Shown here piece after piece: positions 10,067 through 19,317 of a stretch of 64,000 bases of DNA (position 1 is the first letter of the stretch; each line of letters begins with the position of its first letter). The DNA comes from an uncultured Rikenellaceae bacterium. Its GTDB lineage: Bacteria > Bacteroidota > Bacteroidia > Bacteroidales > VadinHA17. The position numbers and the translations under genes were made by a program. The notes under the pieces are model-generated. The model was not told where the DNA came from, did not search any database, and saw nothing but the letters and a program-made list of their open reading frames with translations. Location of the stretch: contig CAVOLF010000006.1 of NCBI GenBank assembly GCA_963696805.1, positions 167,023 through 231,022 on the forward strand. The letters run 5' to 3'.

Positions 10067-10882
10067 ATGAGTAAATCAACCAAGTCGTCCAGCGGTGTAT
10101 GGCAGTCGCTTTTTGCACCTCTTGCAATTATTCTGGCATTTATTGTTGCTTATCTGATTTTCACCAGAGTCCTGGGTAACCCGGTAAACTTTGAAGGTGG
10201 CAATCCCAAGGGCCATCCACTGCAGGGTAACCTTCTGGGTCTCATGTACAAGGGTGGAGTCATTGTTCCCGTCCTTATTACTATTGTGATTACGCTTCTT
10301 ATCTACACAGTCGAGAGGGCTATCACTCTTTCGAGGGTTAAGGGAAAAGCAAGACTCAATGTATTTGTGGCCAATCTTCAGCAGATGCTTGTAGAAGACA
10401 GGATCGAAGATGCAATTGCTGCATGCGATAAGCAGAAAGGTTCACTTGCAAACGTTATGAAGGCAGGTCTGTCACGCTACCGTGCCCTTGAGAATGACAA
10501 GGAACTTGAGAAAGACCAGAAGATCACCTCAATGAAACAGGCCATTGAAGAGGCAACAGCTCTCGAGCTGCCGACCCTGTCAAGGAATATGGTCATGCTT
10601 TCAACTATCGCATCAATCTCGGTGCTCATAGGTCTTATCGGAACGGTTATCGGGATGATCCGCGCATTTGCAGCCCTCGCTCAGTCAGGCGCTCCTGATG
10701 CTCTCGCCCTCTCAACCGGTATTTCCGAAGCTCTTGTCAATACCGCATTCGGCATCACTGGTTCAACCCTGGCTATCATATTTTTTAACGTGTTCTCAAC
10801 CAGGATTGACGATTACGTATTCAAAATTGATGAGGCCGGCTTCAGTCTTACACAGACTTTCGCCGCGTCAATTAGAAAATAG
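10067..10882 (+). CDS. exbB: MotA/TolQ/ExbB proton-channel protein
   Basis: 271 aa with three TM segments. The C-terminal GLIGTVIGMIRAFAAL...ALVNTAFGI is typical of ExbB/TolQ. Confidence 0.9.
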   Translation: MSKSTKSSSGVWQSLFAPLAIILAFIVAYLIFTRVLGNPVNFEGGNPKGHPLQGNLLGLMYKGGVIVPVLITIVITLLIYTVERAITLSRVKGKARLNVFVANLQQMLVEDRIEDAIAACDKQKGSLANVMKAGLSRYRALENDKELEKDQKITSMKQAIEEATALELPTLSRNMVMLSTIASISVLIGLIGTVIGMIRAFAALAQSGAPDALALSTGISEALVNTAFGITGSTLAIIFFNVFSTRIDDYVFKIDEAGFSLTQTFAASIRK

Positions 10883-10928
10883 TCTGCCGAATTTATTCTT
10901 TTGGTCAAAAAAAGAAAGGATTTAAAAG

Positions 10929-11564
10929 ATGCCAAAGATTAAATTAGGAACCAAATCGCCGCGAATCGACATGACCCCGATGGTGGACCTGTTTGTGCTG
11001 TTGCTTACCTTCTTCATTCTGACAGCGACATTCAGACCACAGGAGACGGCTCCTGTCGATACACCTTTTTCTGTCTCGGAAAAACCGATGATGGATGCCA
11101 ACGTAATGACGGTAACCCTCGCGAAAGACAGCCGGATATTTTTCAATGTTGACAACGGACCGGATACCATACTTAAATTCCGCCCGAAAATCCTTGCCGA
11201 AATGGGCAAGCGATACAACATAGAATTTACCGAGGATGAACTCCGCCTTTTCGAGAAAACCGGCACTGCCGTTGGCGTTCCGATACAGGATATGAAACAG
11301 TACCTTGCTACTAAAGACACGGATGACAAGATAGCCCTCGAAAAGGGCGTTCCAATCGATTCTACGGACAACCAGCTTGCGTTATGGATTCTCTTTGCAC
11401 GCCAGGTAAACCCTGCAGTGCTGACCATGATCAAAGGTGATGCAGACGTCCCATTTCCGGTCGTAAGGAAAGTACTTGATATTTTGCAGGATAAGAATGT
11501 GAACAGGTTTAGCCTGATCACAAGTCTTAGAGCAGTGCAGGTTGTAGAAGAAATAACTGAGTAA
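10929..11564 (+). CDS. exbD: ExbD/TolR biopolymer transport protein
   Basis: N-terminal RIDMTPMVDLFVLLLTFFIL ExbD signature, plus operon context. Confidence 0.85.
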   Translation: MPKIKLGTKSPRIDMTPMVDLFVLLLTFFILTATFRPQETAPVDTPFSVSEKPMMDANVMTVTLAKDSRIFFNVDNGPDTILKFRPKILAEMGKRYNIEFTEDELRLFEKTGTAVGVPIQDMKQYLATKDTDDKIALEKGVPIDSTDNQLALWILFARQVNPAVLTMIKGDADVPFPVVRKVLDILQDKNVNRFSLITSLRAVQVVEEITE

Positions 11565-11565
11565 G

Positions 11566-12231
11566 ATGGCAGATATTCAAGTAGAAGACAAAAGCAAGGG
11601 CGGGAAAAAGAAACCAAAAAAAGGTGATGCCCGCGTGGATATGACACCGATGGTGGACCTCATGAGTCTGCTCATCACGTTCTTCATGCTCACAGCAGCT
11701 TTCAGCAAACCGAAGGTAATGGATATCGTTCTTCCTGAGAAGATCAAGAAGGATGAGTTCGTTGAACCCCCGAAGATCGCTGAGAGCCGTACTCTCAATA
11801 TTATCCTCGGTCCTGAAGACAGGGTCTACTGGTACCCCGGCAAAGCCGACCCCGATGTGACCATTCTGCAGGAAACCGATTTCAGCGCCACAGGCATCCG
11901 CCAGGTGCTGCTTGAAAGGAACAGGGCACTGTTCCGCAAAATTGACGAGTTTGAGAAAGACGTTATCTCAGGCAAAATCGACATCAGGCAGGACTCAATG
12001 CGAAGCGCAATAAGCCAGCTGAAAAAGGATGATGATACAGGGCCGATCGTTCTTATTAAAGCCTACAAGACAGCAAAGTATAAGAATTTCGTCGACATAA
12101 TTGATGAGATGTCAATAGTAGGAATTGCCCGATACACATTTACCGACATAGACTGGATTGAAGAAAAACTGGTTGTTGACGCAATTAACAGGGCGGCAGC
12201 TACAGCTACACCTTCAGAATCAGCACAATAG
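11566..12231 (+). CDS. exbD: ExbD/TolR biopolymer transport protein (second paralogue)
   Basis: RVDMTPMVDLMSLLITFFML signature. It starts 1 nt after the preceding stop. Confidence 0.85.
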   Translation: MADIQVEDKSKGGKKKPKKGDARVDMTPMVDLMSLLITFFMLTAAFSKPKVMDIVLPEKIKKDEFVEPPKIAESRTLNIILGPEDRVYWYPGKADPDVTILQETDFSATGIRQVLLERNRALFRKIDEFEKDVISGKIDIRQDSMRSAISQLKKDDDTGPIVLIKAYKTAKYKNFVDIIDEMSIVGIARYTFTDIDWIEEKLVVDAINRAAATATPSESAQ

Positions 12232-12239
12232 TAGGAATC

Positions 12240-13016
12240 ATGGCAAAAGAAAAGAAACGATACCCAAGCTTCGATGACATAGTATTCGAAGGCCGGAACA
12301 AGGAATACGGTGCCTATGACCTCAGAAAGAGATATTCACGGACAATGAGCCTTTCAATACTCATTGGAATAATCGTAGTACTGACGGCAGCCATCGTACC
12401 TTACATCAAGGCAAAGAACATTGCCCAGATCAAGGCAAGAGATGCCAATGAAGTCATAGCCCAGATGGCTAATGACATCAACCAGGAGGAGGCAGCTCCC
12501 CCACCCCCGCCGCCACCCCCACCGCCAACAGAACAGCAGACCGTTGTCAAATATGTGGCCCCGGTGGTTGTCGATTCTGTCAAACCTGATGAAGAAACAA
12601 GGTTCATGACCGCTGACGACGTGGTCGAGACCATTGTTGACGCAGATGTTGTGGAAGTAATCGAAACGGTGAAGGAGGAGATACAGGAAGAAGCCCCGCA
12701 GGAGGTGTTTGTAGTTGTGGAAGAGATGCCCTCATTCCCCGGTGGGGATGCCGAACTCTTCAAGTTCATCTATGCAAACATCAAGTATCCCGAGCTCGCG
12801 AAGGAAAACAACATCCAGGGCAAGGTAATACTTCGCTTCTGCGTGACCTACAAGGGAAAAGTTGACCAGGTATCCGTAGTCAGGGGTGTTGACCCGTCTC
12901 TCGACGAGGAGGCCATCAGGGTCATTAAGATGCTCCCCCTCTGGAAACCCGGCAAACAGGGTGGTAAACCCGTTAACGTCTGGTACAGCGTGCCTATCAG
13001 CTTCCAGCTGAAGTAA
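12240..13016 (+). CDS. tonB: energy transducer TonB
   Basis: N-terminal TM anchor, a Pro10 linker (12498-12527), and the C-terminal TonB_C motif FPGGDAELFKFIYANIKYPELAKENNIQGKVILRFCV. Confidence 0.85.
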   Translation: MAKEKKRYPSFDDIVFEGRNKEYGAYDLRKRYSRTMSLSILIGIIVVLTAAIVPYIKAKNIAQIKARDANEVIAQMANDINQEEAAPPPPPPPPPPTEQQTVVKYVAPVVVDSVKPDEETRFMTADDVVETIVDADVVEVIETVKEEIQEEAPQEVFVVVEEMPSFPGGDAELFKFIYANIKYPELAKENNIQGKVILRFCVTYKGKVDQVSVVRGVDPSLDEEAIRVIKMLPLWKPGKQGGKPVNVWYSVPISFQLK

Positions 13017-13034
13017 ACTCATTTACCTGATATT

Positions 13035-13067
13035 AAAAAAGGTGCCTCATTCGAGACACCTTTTTTT
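13035..13067. terminator. bidirectional rho-independent terminator
   Basis: A6-GGTGCCTC-ATTC-GAGACACC-T7, with one mismatch in the stem. It lies between convergent tonB (stop at 13016) and the minus-strand gene ending at 13084. Confidence 0.7.
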
Positions 13068-13083
13068 GTTTTTATTCGCACCG

Positions 13084-13929
13084 TCACCGCCCAAGCATCT
13101 GTGTGATATAGCTCTCAGCCAGGGTGGTCTTGTCAAATCCCAGTCCGCTGACAACAATAAGCCTGCTACCCTGCCTGGCCATGTGAAGCACCCCGTTGAA
13201 ACCGTCTTCAAACGCGTATTTGAAGACCTCATCTCCAGGCATGAAGGAATCACCGGCCAGTTTTGAAGCCATTGCGTCTGCCTCATCACCGTCAATGCAG
13301 CGGAAAAGGTAAATTTCAAACCTCTCTTCACCGACCTCATACGATGCCCTGAAGGCGTTCCTGAGATACTCATGCCCCAGTACACTTTCAAGCAGGTAAG
13401 TCTCCTCGTTCGCAAGCCGACCCTCAGTTGGGAACAGGTTTAGCAGCTCCGGGAATTTGCTGGTGCCTTCAATGCGTCCATCGATAAGCCGCGCCAGCTC
13501 CTCCATCCTTCCGCCTGCCTTCCGCGATTTGGAGTGTGTCATTATCTTGATGTAATAACGATCCTTGTAAAAGTGTAAGATTCCCTCCTCGTGATAACCC
13601 TGCACACCCACGGGTATGAATCCGTATCCTGGCGAACGCTCCATGGAATATATTCCAAAAGCCTCGGCGTCATCATCAAACCTGTATATCTCGGCTTTGA
13701 TAACCTCCCTGCCCTTTACGTATTCAGAGATGTTGAGATCAATAAATCCCAGGGCCAGATAGGCATCAGCGGCTCCGTTGATATAGTCCCACAGGTCATC
13801 CGGAGTGTAAACCGGATAGTCACTTACAACCTTGTATCCCTTCAGTTCAGGGAAGAGCTGCTGGCCCGTGAGTGCAAAGGAACAGGCAGCGATCATTGCA
13901 GTTGACAGAATAAGTTTCCTGACAGTCAT
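13084..13929 (-). CDS. hypothetical secreted protein
   Basis: 281-aa ORF with a signal peptide (MTVRKLILSTAMIAACSFALTG). It is tightly linked (12 nt) to the upstream Tat aldo/keto reductase. No motif recognised. Confidence 0.65.
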   Translation of the reverse strand: MTVRKLILSTAMIAACSFALTGQQLFPELKGYKVVSDYPVYTPDDLWDYINGAADAYLALGFIDLNISEYVKGREVIKAEIYRFDDDAEAFGIYSMERSPGYGFIPVGVQGYHEEGILHFYKDRYYIKIMTHSKSRKAGGRMEELARLIDGRIEGTSKFPELLNLFPTEGRLANEETYLLESVLGHEYLRNAFRASYEVGEERFEIYLFRCIDGDEADAMASKLAGDSFMPGDEVFKYAFEDGFNGVLHMARQGSRLIVVSGLGFDKTTLAESYITQMLGR

Positions 13930-13941
13930 GATTATCGTTTT

Positions 13942-15129
13942 TTATGCAAACAGCTCCATTGGCACATTTGCAAGCCTTGATATGTCGGAAATCTTCTTCC
14001 TGAGATCGAAACCCTTAACACAGGTTGCCGCACAGGTATCACACCCGGCGCAAGGATCACCCTTTACGGCGGTCTCCGAGATGAGCTCCGATGCCATCCG
14101 GAGATTCCCGTAACCGTAGGCATACATATATGCGCGCATCAGTTCAGGAATCGGCAGGTCGTTCCGGCAACCAGGCTTGCAGATGCTGCATGCGTTGCAG
14201 TAGAGTCCCTGGCATGAGATGCCGGCTAGCAACTCATCCTTCTCCGAGACCGTAAGGTTAATATCTTTCATCACCTCCATGTCTGCAGTGAGTTGGTCGA
14301 AAGCTGTTATTCCGGGTATCGTGGTATGGACATCAGGGTTTGACAGCACCCACTTCAGAGCAGCCTGCGGGTTCACCGCACGGGTCTTCTCCTTATCAAG
14401 CCAACCACCTGCCATCGTCTTCATGGCAACCACGCCAATGCCTGCTTCTCCTGCCGCCTTAAGGGCACTGTTCATCTCACTGAGGTAGGTCTGTTTGAAA
14501 TTGTACGCTGTAAGCACAACATCCCAGATACCGTCTGCTGCCATCGTATTGATGACCAGGGGCTCGTTTTTATGGGTGGAAATGCCGATGAATCTCACCC
14601 TGCCGCTTTTTTTGAGTTCAAGCATGGTATTTACAATCTCCTTGTGCCTTACCATCTCCACGCTGTCAACTGCATGCATGTAAAGGATATCTACATAATC
14701 CATTTTGAGCCTCTGCAGGCTCAGGTCAAACTTAGCAAGGAAATCTGCGGCAGTGGTATCCCTTGAAGGGAGCCCGGTACGCGAATCTACCCCTGCCGGC
14801 TTTACCTTTGTGGCAAGGATAAATGAATCACGGGGTAATGATGAGAAGAAGTTACCCAGCATCTCCTCATTTCTTCCGTTCATATAGCCATGTGCTGTAT
14901 CGAACATCGTAATTCCTGCATCATAACCGGCTTTAACCAGGGCACTGTTATCCGATCTCATCACCCCGAAACTGACAACCGGGATCTTAATCCCTGTTTT
15001 CCCAAGGGTACGGTAAATTATTGGATCATTGTTGCTGTTGATGCCGCCTGCAAGGGCGGTCCGGTCAAGAACAGCCAGTCCGGCAGCACCGGCAAAGCCG
15101 GACATAAGAAAGTTTCTTCGCTTCATCAT
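13942..15129 (-). CDS. Tat-signal aldo/keto reductase with C-terminal Cys-rich (putative Fe-S) extension
   Basis: Twin-arginine signal MMKRRNFLMSGFAGAAGLAVL and AKR core (GITMFDTAHGYMNGRNEEMLG). C-terminal clusters CNACSICKPGC and CAGCDTCAATC. Confidence 0.85.
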   Translation of the reverse strand: MMKRRNFLMSGFAGAAGLAVLDRTALAGGINSNNDPIIYRTLGKTGIKIPVVSFGVMRSDNSALVKAGYDAGITMFDTAHGYMNGRNEEMLGNFFSSLPRDSFILATKVKPAGVDSRTGLPSRDTTAADFLAKFDLSLQRLKMDYVDILYMHAVDSVEMVRHKEIVNTMLELKKSGRVRFIGISTHKNEPLVINTMAADGIWDVVLTAYNFKQTYLSEMNSALKAAGEAGIGVVAMKTMAGGWLDKEKTRAVNPQAALKWVLSNPDVHTTIPGITAFDQLTADMEVMKDINLTVSEKDELLAGISCQGLYCNACSICKPGCRNDLPIPELMRAYMYAYGYGNLRMASELISETAVKGDPCAGCDTCAATCVKGFDLRKKISDISRLANVPMELFA

Positions 15130-15225
15130 TAAAAGATTTAAGAATTAAAAGTGTCTGAGCCAATATACAAATATTTTGTCTTATTTTAGTGGAGCTGTCA
15201 CGCAGCTTAATAAATCAGGATCAGT

Positions 15226-15874
15226 ATGGCGCGCTACATTCATAACCTTATCGCAAAGGGTGAAGGGATGAATCTTGACTTTAAATACTGTATCTCTGAC
15301 CCTCGTAAGATAGCAAGGACCCTGTCTGCATTTTCCAACAGTGCGGGAGGCAAACTGCTTATCGGTGTCAGGGATAACGGTTCCCTGGCCGGGGTTAGTT
15401 CCGACGAGGAATTTTACATGATCGATGCGGCTGCCAGGCTCTACTGTGATCCGGAAGTGGTTGTCGGAACAAGAAACCATACCATAAACGGTAAGAACAT
15501 TCTGGAGGTTGATGTCCCGAGACGCGGAAAGATACCCGTGAAGGCAAAGGATGAGGACGGAAGATGGAAGGCCTACTTCAGGCATAATGACCAGAACTTC
15601 ATGGCTGACAGGGTGATCATGCAGGTATGGCGCCGCAGCAGCAACTCAAGAGGCCTCCTGTTAAGGTTTGATCGAAAAGGAGAACCTGCTGCTTAACTAT
15701 CTGCGCGGAGGAGAGAAAATAACAGTGAACGGATTTCGTGCCCTTGCCGGCATCAATGCAAAAACAGCGGAAAAGATACTGAGTGACTTCATCCTGTGCG
15801 GGATAATCATCTACGAGGCGAGCGAGAAAGGTATCTTTTACCGTCTTTCTGCTGATTTCACTCCGGCACCGTAA
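15226..15874 (+). pseudogene. AlbA_2 (Schlafen/AlbA-like) putative DNA-binding protein split by one frameshift
   Basis: The 156-aa ORF (EGMNLDFKYCISDPRKIARTLSAFSNSAGGKLLIGVRDNGSLAGV) continues in the +1 frame as EKENLLLNYLRGGEKITVNGF (a wHTH-like tail). The junction is near 15665-15675 (gat[c]gaaaag). Confidence 0.6.
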
Positions 15875-15876
15875 GA

Positions 15877-18800
15877 CTATTCTATTTTGAATCCTACAAC
15901 TAGGATGTCATCTGTCTGGGGGGCCGATCCTATCCAGCTGTCGAGGCGTTCCCTGAGCATCTCCTCCTGCTTGCTCATCGGGTAATTCTGAACGTCAAGT
16001 ATCAGTTTCCTGAAGTTCTTTTTCATGAATTTCTTCCCGGTAACACCGCTGAACTGGTCTGCATAGCCGTCAGTAAAGAGGTAGTATGAGGTATCCTTCT
16101 CCAGGTTCCATTCATATTGCAGGTATTCCTGGCTGGCCCTGGGCTGAACCCCGTCAGGCAGCCTGTCACCGTAAATAACCTCAAGAAGGTACTTGCCGTC
16201 AGCCAGGATGCCTGTGTCATCATCCATTTCAACCATCTTCCATTTTGCTGTCTCTTCATCACTCATCTCCCTCACCCTGTAACACTGGGAGCCGACGCCG
16301 GAGAATTCCACAGAACCACTGTTGCGGTCTATGGCCAGCAGCGCAATGTTGATGGATACCGCCATCGACTCCGGAATGCCATGTTTCTGCTGTGCAGTGA
16401 TCATTTTCCTCTGGAATTCACTGATGATGACAGAGGTCTTCAATGTTACCTGCCTGTTGCCTATCTCTTCCAGGAACGATAGTCCCATGAGGGTCGCCAG
16501 CGCTGAATTCACTCCATGACCGGTGCAATCACCAACCGCAATGAAAAACTTATCCCCTTTTCGTGTCATCCAGTAGAAATCACCACTCACCCGGTCTTTC
16601 GGTCTGTTGATTATAAAACTGTTGCGAAGGGCATCAATCAGGATCTTTTCGGAGGGCATGAGCGCCCGCTGCACATACCCGGCATACTGCACGAGGGCGG
16701 CAATCTCTTCCCTGGCTTTGCCGGCAGCTTCCGAACGCTGCTTCATCAGACTCTCAAGTCGCTGGTTCCTGACTTTAAGCATTCCGGCAAAATACCTTAC
16801 TACGTATAATATCAAACCAGCAGCCGCCATGATGTATAGTACCAGTGCAACCATGGATGTGTACCACGGCTTCCGGACCGAAAAGGAATAGGTTGTTTCC
16901 TCACTTTCGAGTCCCGTGATGGTCTTTGCCTTCAGCCTGAAGGTATAGTCTCCTGCAGGAAGGTTCGTATAATCCCTGTAAGTGCGCTTCTCCCACCTTG
17001 ACCAGTCGTCATCGAGCCCATCCAGCCTGTGACGGTATTCGGTCTTGGCCTCGCCCACATAGGAGGTGGTTGTCCACCTTAGGGAAATACTGTTCCTGCT
17101 GTGGCGAAGTGATACATCAGGAGTGCCGGGTTGAATGGCTGACGGAATTCTGCTCCCCCCAGAAGAGAGACTGTAAAAGGAGCCATCCATAAGCGCAGTG
17201 GCATTGCCGGAGGTAATGCGGGTAAAGAAAGTACTGAAGGTGCCATAGCTGAAACCAAGCTTCGATTTGTCAATGATAAAAATACTCCGCCCCTTGGTTA
17301 TCCATATATTCCCGTCGATATATGAAATGCCTGTAGTGGCAATGTCGGGAAGAAAATCGAACTGTCTCCTGAATACCACATGGCCCTGACTCGTTGTGGA
17401 CACCAGGGCGTCAAAATTCCGGGTATCAAACCCTGTCAGGAATATATCGCCATCAGGTGTTTTAAAAAGATTACTTATAAGTATATTGTCAAAGGTGTTT
17501 CCAATCAGGTCATGATCCTTTTCGAAAATGTCACTCTCAACGTTATATCGCCAGATGCCCCTTCCGGAGCAGACATAGAGCCTGCCATTGATGGTGAAGA
17601 TATTGTTCAGGGTGTCACAGTCAATACCCCGTTTTTTATCATACCGGATGAATGCCGTGTCCGTTGCATCACATTGCATGCGCATGAGTGATGATGGCAA
17701 AGATGTAAGTATCCACCACTCTTTCCCTCCCGTATGTTCTATCTCATGCACCCTGCCTTTCAGTTCCCCCCTGCCGCATGTGTTGATTACTTTCCACTCC
17801 TCACTGGCATACTTAATGGTTCTTAACATCCCGTCATCCGCTCCGGCAAGCAATACAGTAGAATCATTTACGGCTGATCTGATGGCTGTCAGATGTACTC
17901 TGCTAAGAACATGAGTGACATAGCCGTCATTGTCAGTCTGCCAGAGTCCGTCGGAGGCAGCTGCCATCAGAACATTTCCTTCCGGCAGGTGTGTGCTGAG
18001 GATATCATAGATCATTGCAGCAGGTTCCTCCATCTTTCTGAACCGGACAACCCCGGAATTGTCAACCTTTCTTTTATACAGACCATGTTCAGTGCTTACG
18101 AAGACAGAGTCTTCAAGCGCCGTTACGCCGGAAATGATTGATCCTATTCCGGATGCGCTTCCAAACTCGTACGCCGGAAGTGAAATATATGCCCTGTTGA
18201 TGAAGCCTCTTGTGCAGAACCATAGCTGGGAGCTTGAGGCATAATCACAATACATCGATGTCACCGAGGACTCCCTTATTGAGGTGGTCTCGTCAGAGAT
18301 ATGCTGCAACAGCCTGCCCTCATGGTTGAAGATCAGGACACCTCCCCTTTCTGACAATCCGGCTGCTATATTCCCGCCTGGCAGTAGGGCTACAGCTGTC
18401 AGAGGACCTTTTCTCAGCCTGTTGTTGTCAGCCCTGCTCAGAAACTGTGTATTAAGCACTCCGGATCTGTGGTTGAACAACACCAGGCCTCCCTCCTCAG
18501 AAGCAACCAGGATGTTATCATTATCGTACCGCAGAAGCCCTGCAAAACTTACCATCCTGATCTTTTCTCCTCCAGGCAGCCTGAATATCTGGCCCTCCCT
18601 GTACTCAAAGAGCCCCTCCCTGTCATCTGCCAGAATAGGCCTGGCATTGATGATCAGCATCCTGCCGACATTCTTCAGGCCATATTCCCGTTCCATGTCT
18701 GTTACTGAAACGGAATCTGTGGCGATGTCCAGGAGATAAAGCCTCCTGCCGTCGCTGAAGAATACCGTGTTGCTGTCAGAAGCTATTGATAATATTGGCC

Positions 18801-19194
18801 CGATTTCGCTTCTGTACGTCGAATCAGCTATCCTGCCTGCAAGAGAATTGTATGTCAGCCTTCCGGCCGGGTCAGGCTGGAGGAACCCAAAGTCAGTATC
18901 ACCCCCCGCGAAAACCACTCCCCTGTGATCTGTTGCCAGGGCCCCAACTCTCTGAGGCGTTAGCATGGGTATCAACCCCCAGAGAGTCCCGTCATAGGTT
19001 ACAATGCCTGAAGACTCGTTGCCGAAATACATCACCCCACGCTTATCCATCGTGATACACAGGTTGATGAGATCACCGGGGGTCTCGGCGGCGTCAGACC
19101 AGCTGATCATGGGCGTACCCAACCTGTTGATCTGCGAACTCGCTGTTAAATAACTGACTAACAGGAATACAATAAGCGGAAGACCCTTCTTCAT
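15877..19194 (-). CDS. membrane sensor: periplasmic beta-propeller (Reg_prop) repeats + Y_Y_Y domain + TM helix + cytoplasmic PP2C/SpoIIE serine phosphatase
   Basis: 1105 aa with a signal peptide. Y_Y_Y motif TEYRHRLDGLDDDWSRWEKRTYRDYTNLPAGDYTFRLKAK. TM segment WYTSMVALVLYIMAAAGLILYVV. SpoIIE motifs SGDFYWMTRKGDKFFIAVGDCTGHGVNSA and YLFTDGYADQF. Confidence 0.85.
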   Translation of the reverse strand: MKKGLPLIVFLLVSYLTASSQINRLGTPMISWSDAAETPGDLINLCITMDKRGVMYFGNESSGIVTYDGTLWGLIPMLTPQRVGALATDHRGVVFAGGDTDFGFLQPDPAGRLTYNSLAGRIADSTYRSEIGPILSIASDSNTVFFSDGRRLYLLDIATDSVSVTDMEREYGLKNVGRMLIINARPILADDREGLFEYREGQIFRLPGGEKIRMVSFAGLLRYDNDNILVASEEGGLVLFNHRSGVLNTQFLSRADNNRLRKGPLTAVALLPGGNIAAGLSERGGVLIFNHEGRLLQHISDETTSIRESSVTSMYCDYASSSQLWFCTRGFINRAYISLPAYEFGSASGIGSIISGVTALEDSVFVSTEHGLYKRKVDNSGVVRFRKMEEPAAMIYDILSTHLPEGNVLMAAASDGLWQTDNDGYVTHVLSRVHLTAIRSAVNDSTVLLAGADDGMLRTIKYASEEWKVINTCGRGELKGRVHEIEHTGGKEWWILTSLPSSLMRMQCDATDTAFIRYDKKRGIDCDTLNNIFTINGRLYVCSGRGIWRYNVESDIFEKDHDLIGNTFDNILISNLFKTPDGDIFLTGFDTRNFDALVSTTSQGHVVFRRQFDFLPDIATTGISYIDGNIWITKGRSIFIIDKSKLGFSYGTFSTFFTRITSGNATALMDGSFYSLSSGGSRIPSAIQPGTPDVSLRHSRNSISLRWTTTSYVGEAKTEYRHRLDGLDDDWSRWEKRTYRDYTNLPAGDYTFRLKAKTITGLESEETTYSFSVRKPWYTSMVALVLYIMAAAGLILYVVRYFAGMLKVRNQRLESLMKQRSEAAGKAREEIAALVQYAGYVQRALMPSEKILIDALRNSFIINRPKDRVSGDFYWMTRKGDKFFIAVGDCTGHGVNSALATLMGLSFLEEIGNRQVTLKTSVIISEFQRKMITAQQKHGIPESMAVSINIALLAIDRNSGSVEFSGVGSQCYRVREMSDEETAKWKMVEMDDDTGILADGKYLLEVIYGDRLPDGVQPRASQEYLQYEWNLEKDTSYYLFTDGYADQFSGVTGKKFMKKNFRKLILDVQNYPMSKQEEMLRERLDSWIGSAPQTDDILVVGFKIE

Positions 19195-19317
19195 TCCCTG
19201 AACAATTTCCCTGAATTAAAGGTTAAATATACAAATTCAAATTGAATTAGGCCGGCAGCCTTCTTTGGCATCCGATTTGAGACATATTTTAATTATCTTG
19301 GCTACGGTTTTTAGGTT

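Noticed and set aside
12498-12527. CCN-rich 30-nt tract as a DNA repeat element
   Set aside because: It encodes the Pro10 linker that is a normal feature of TonB proteins.
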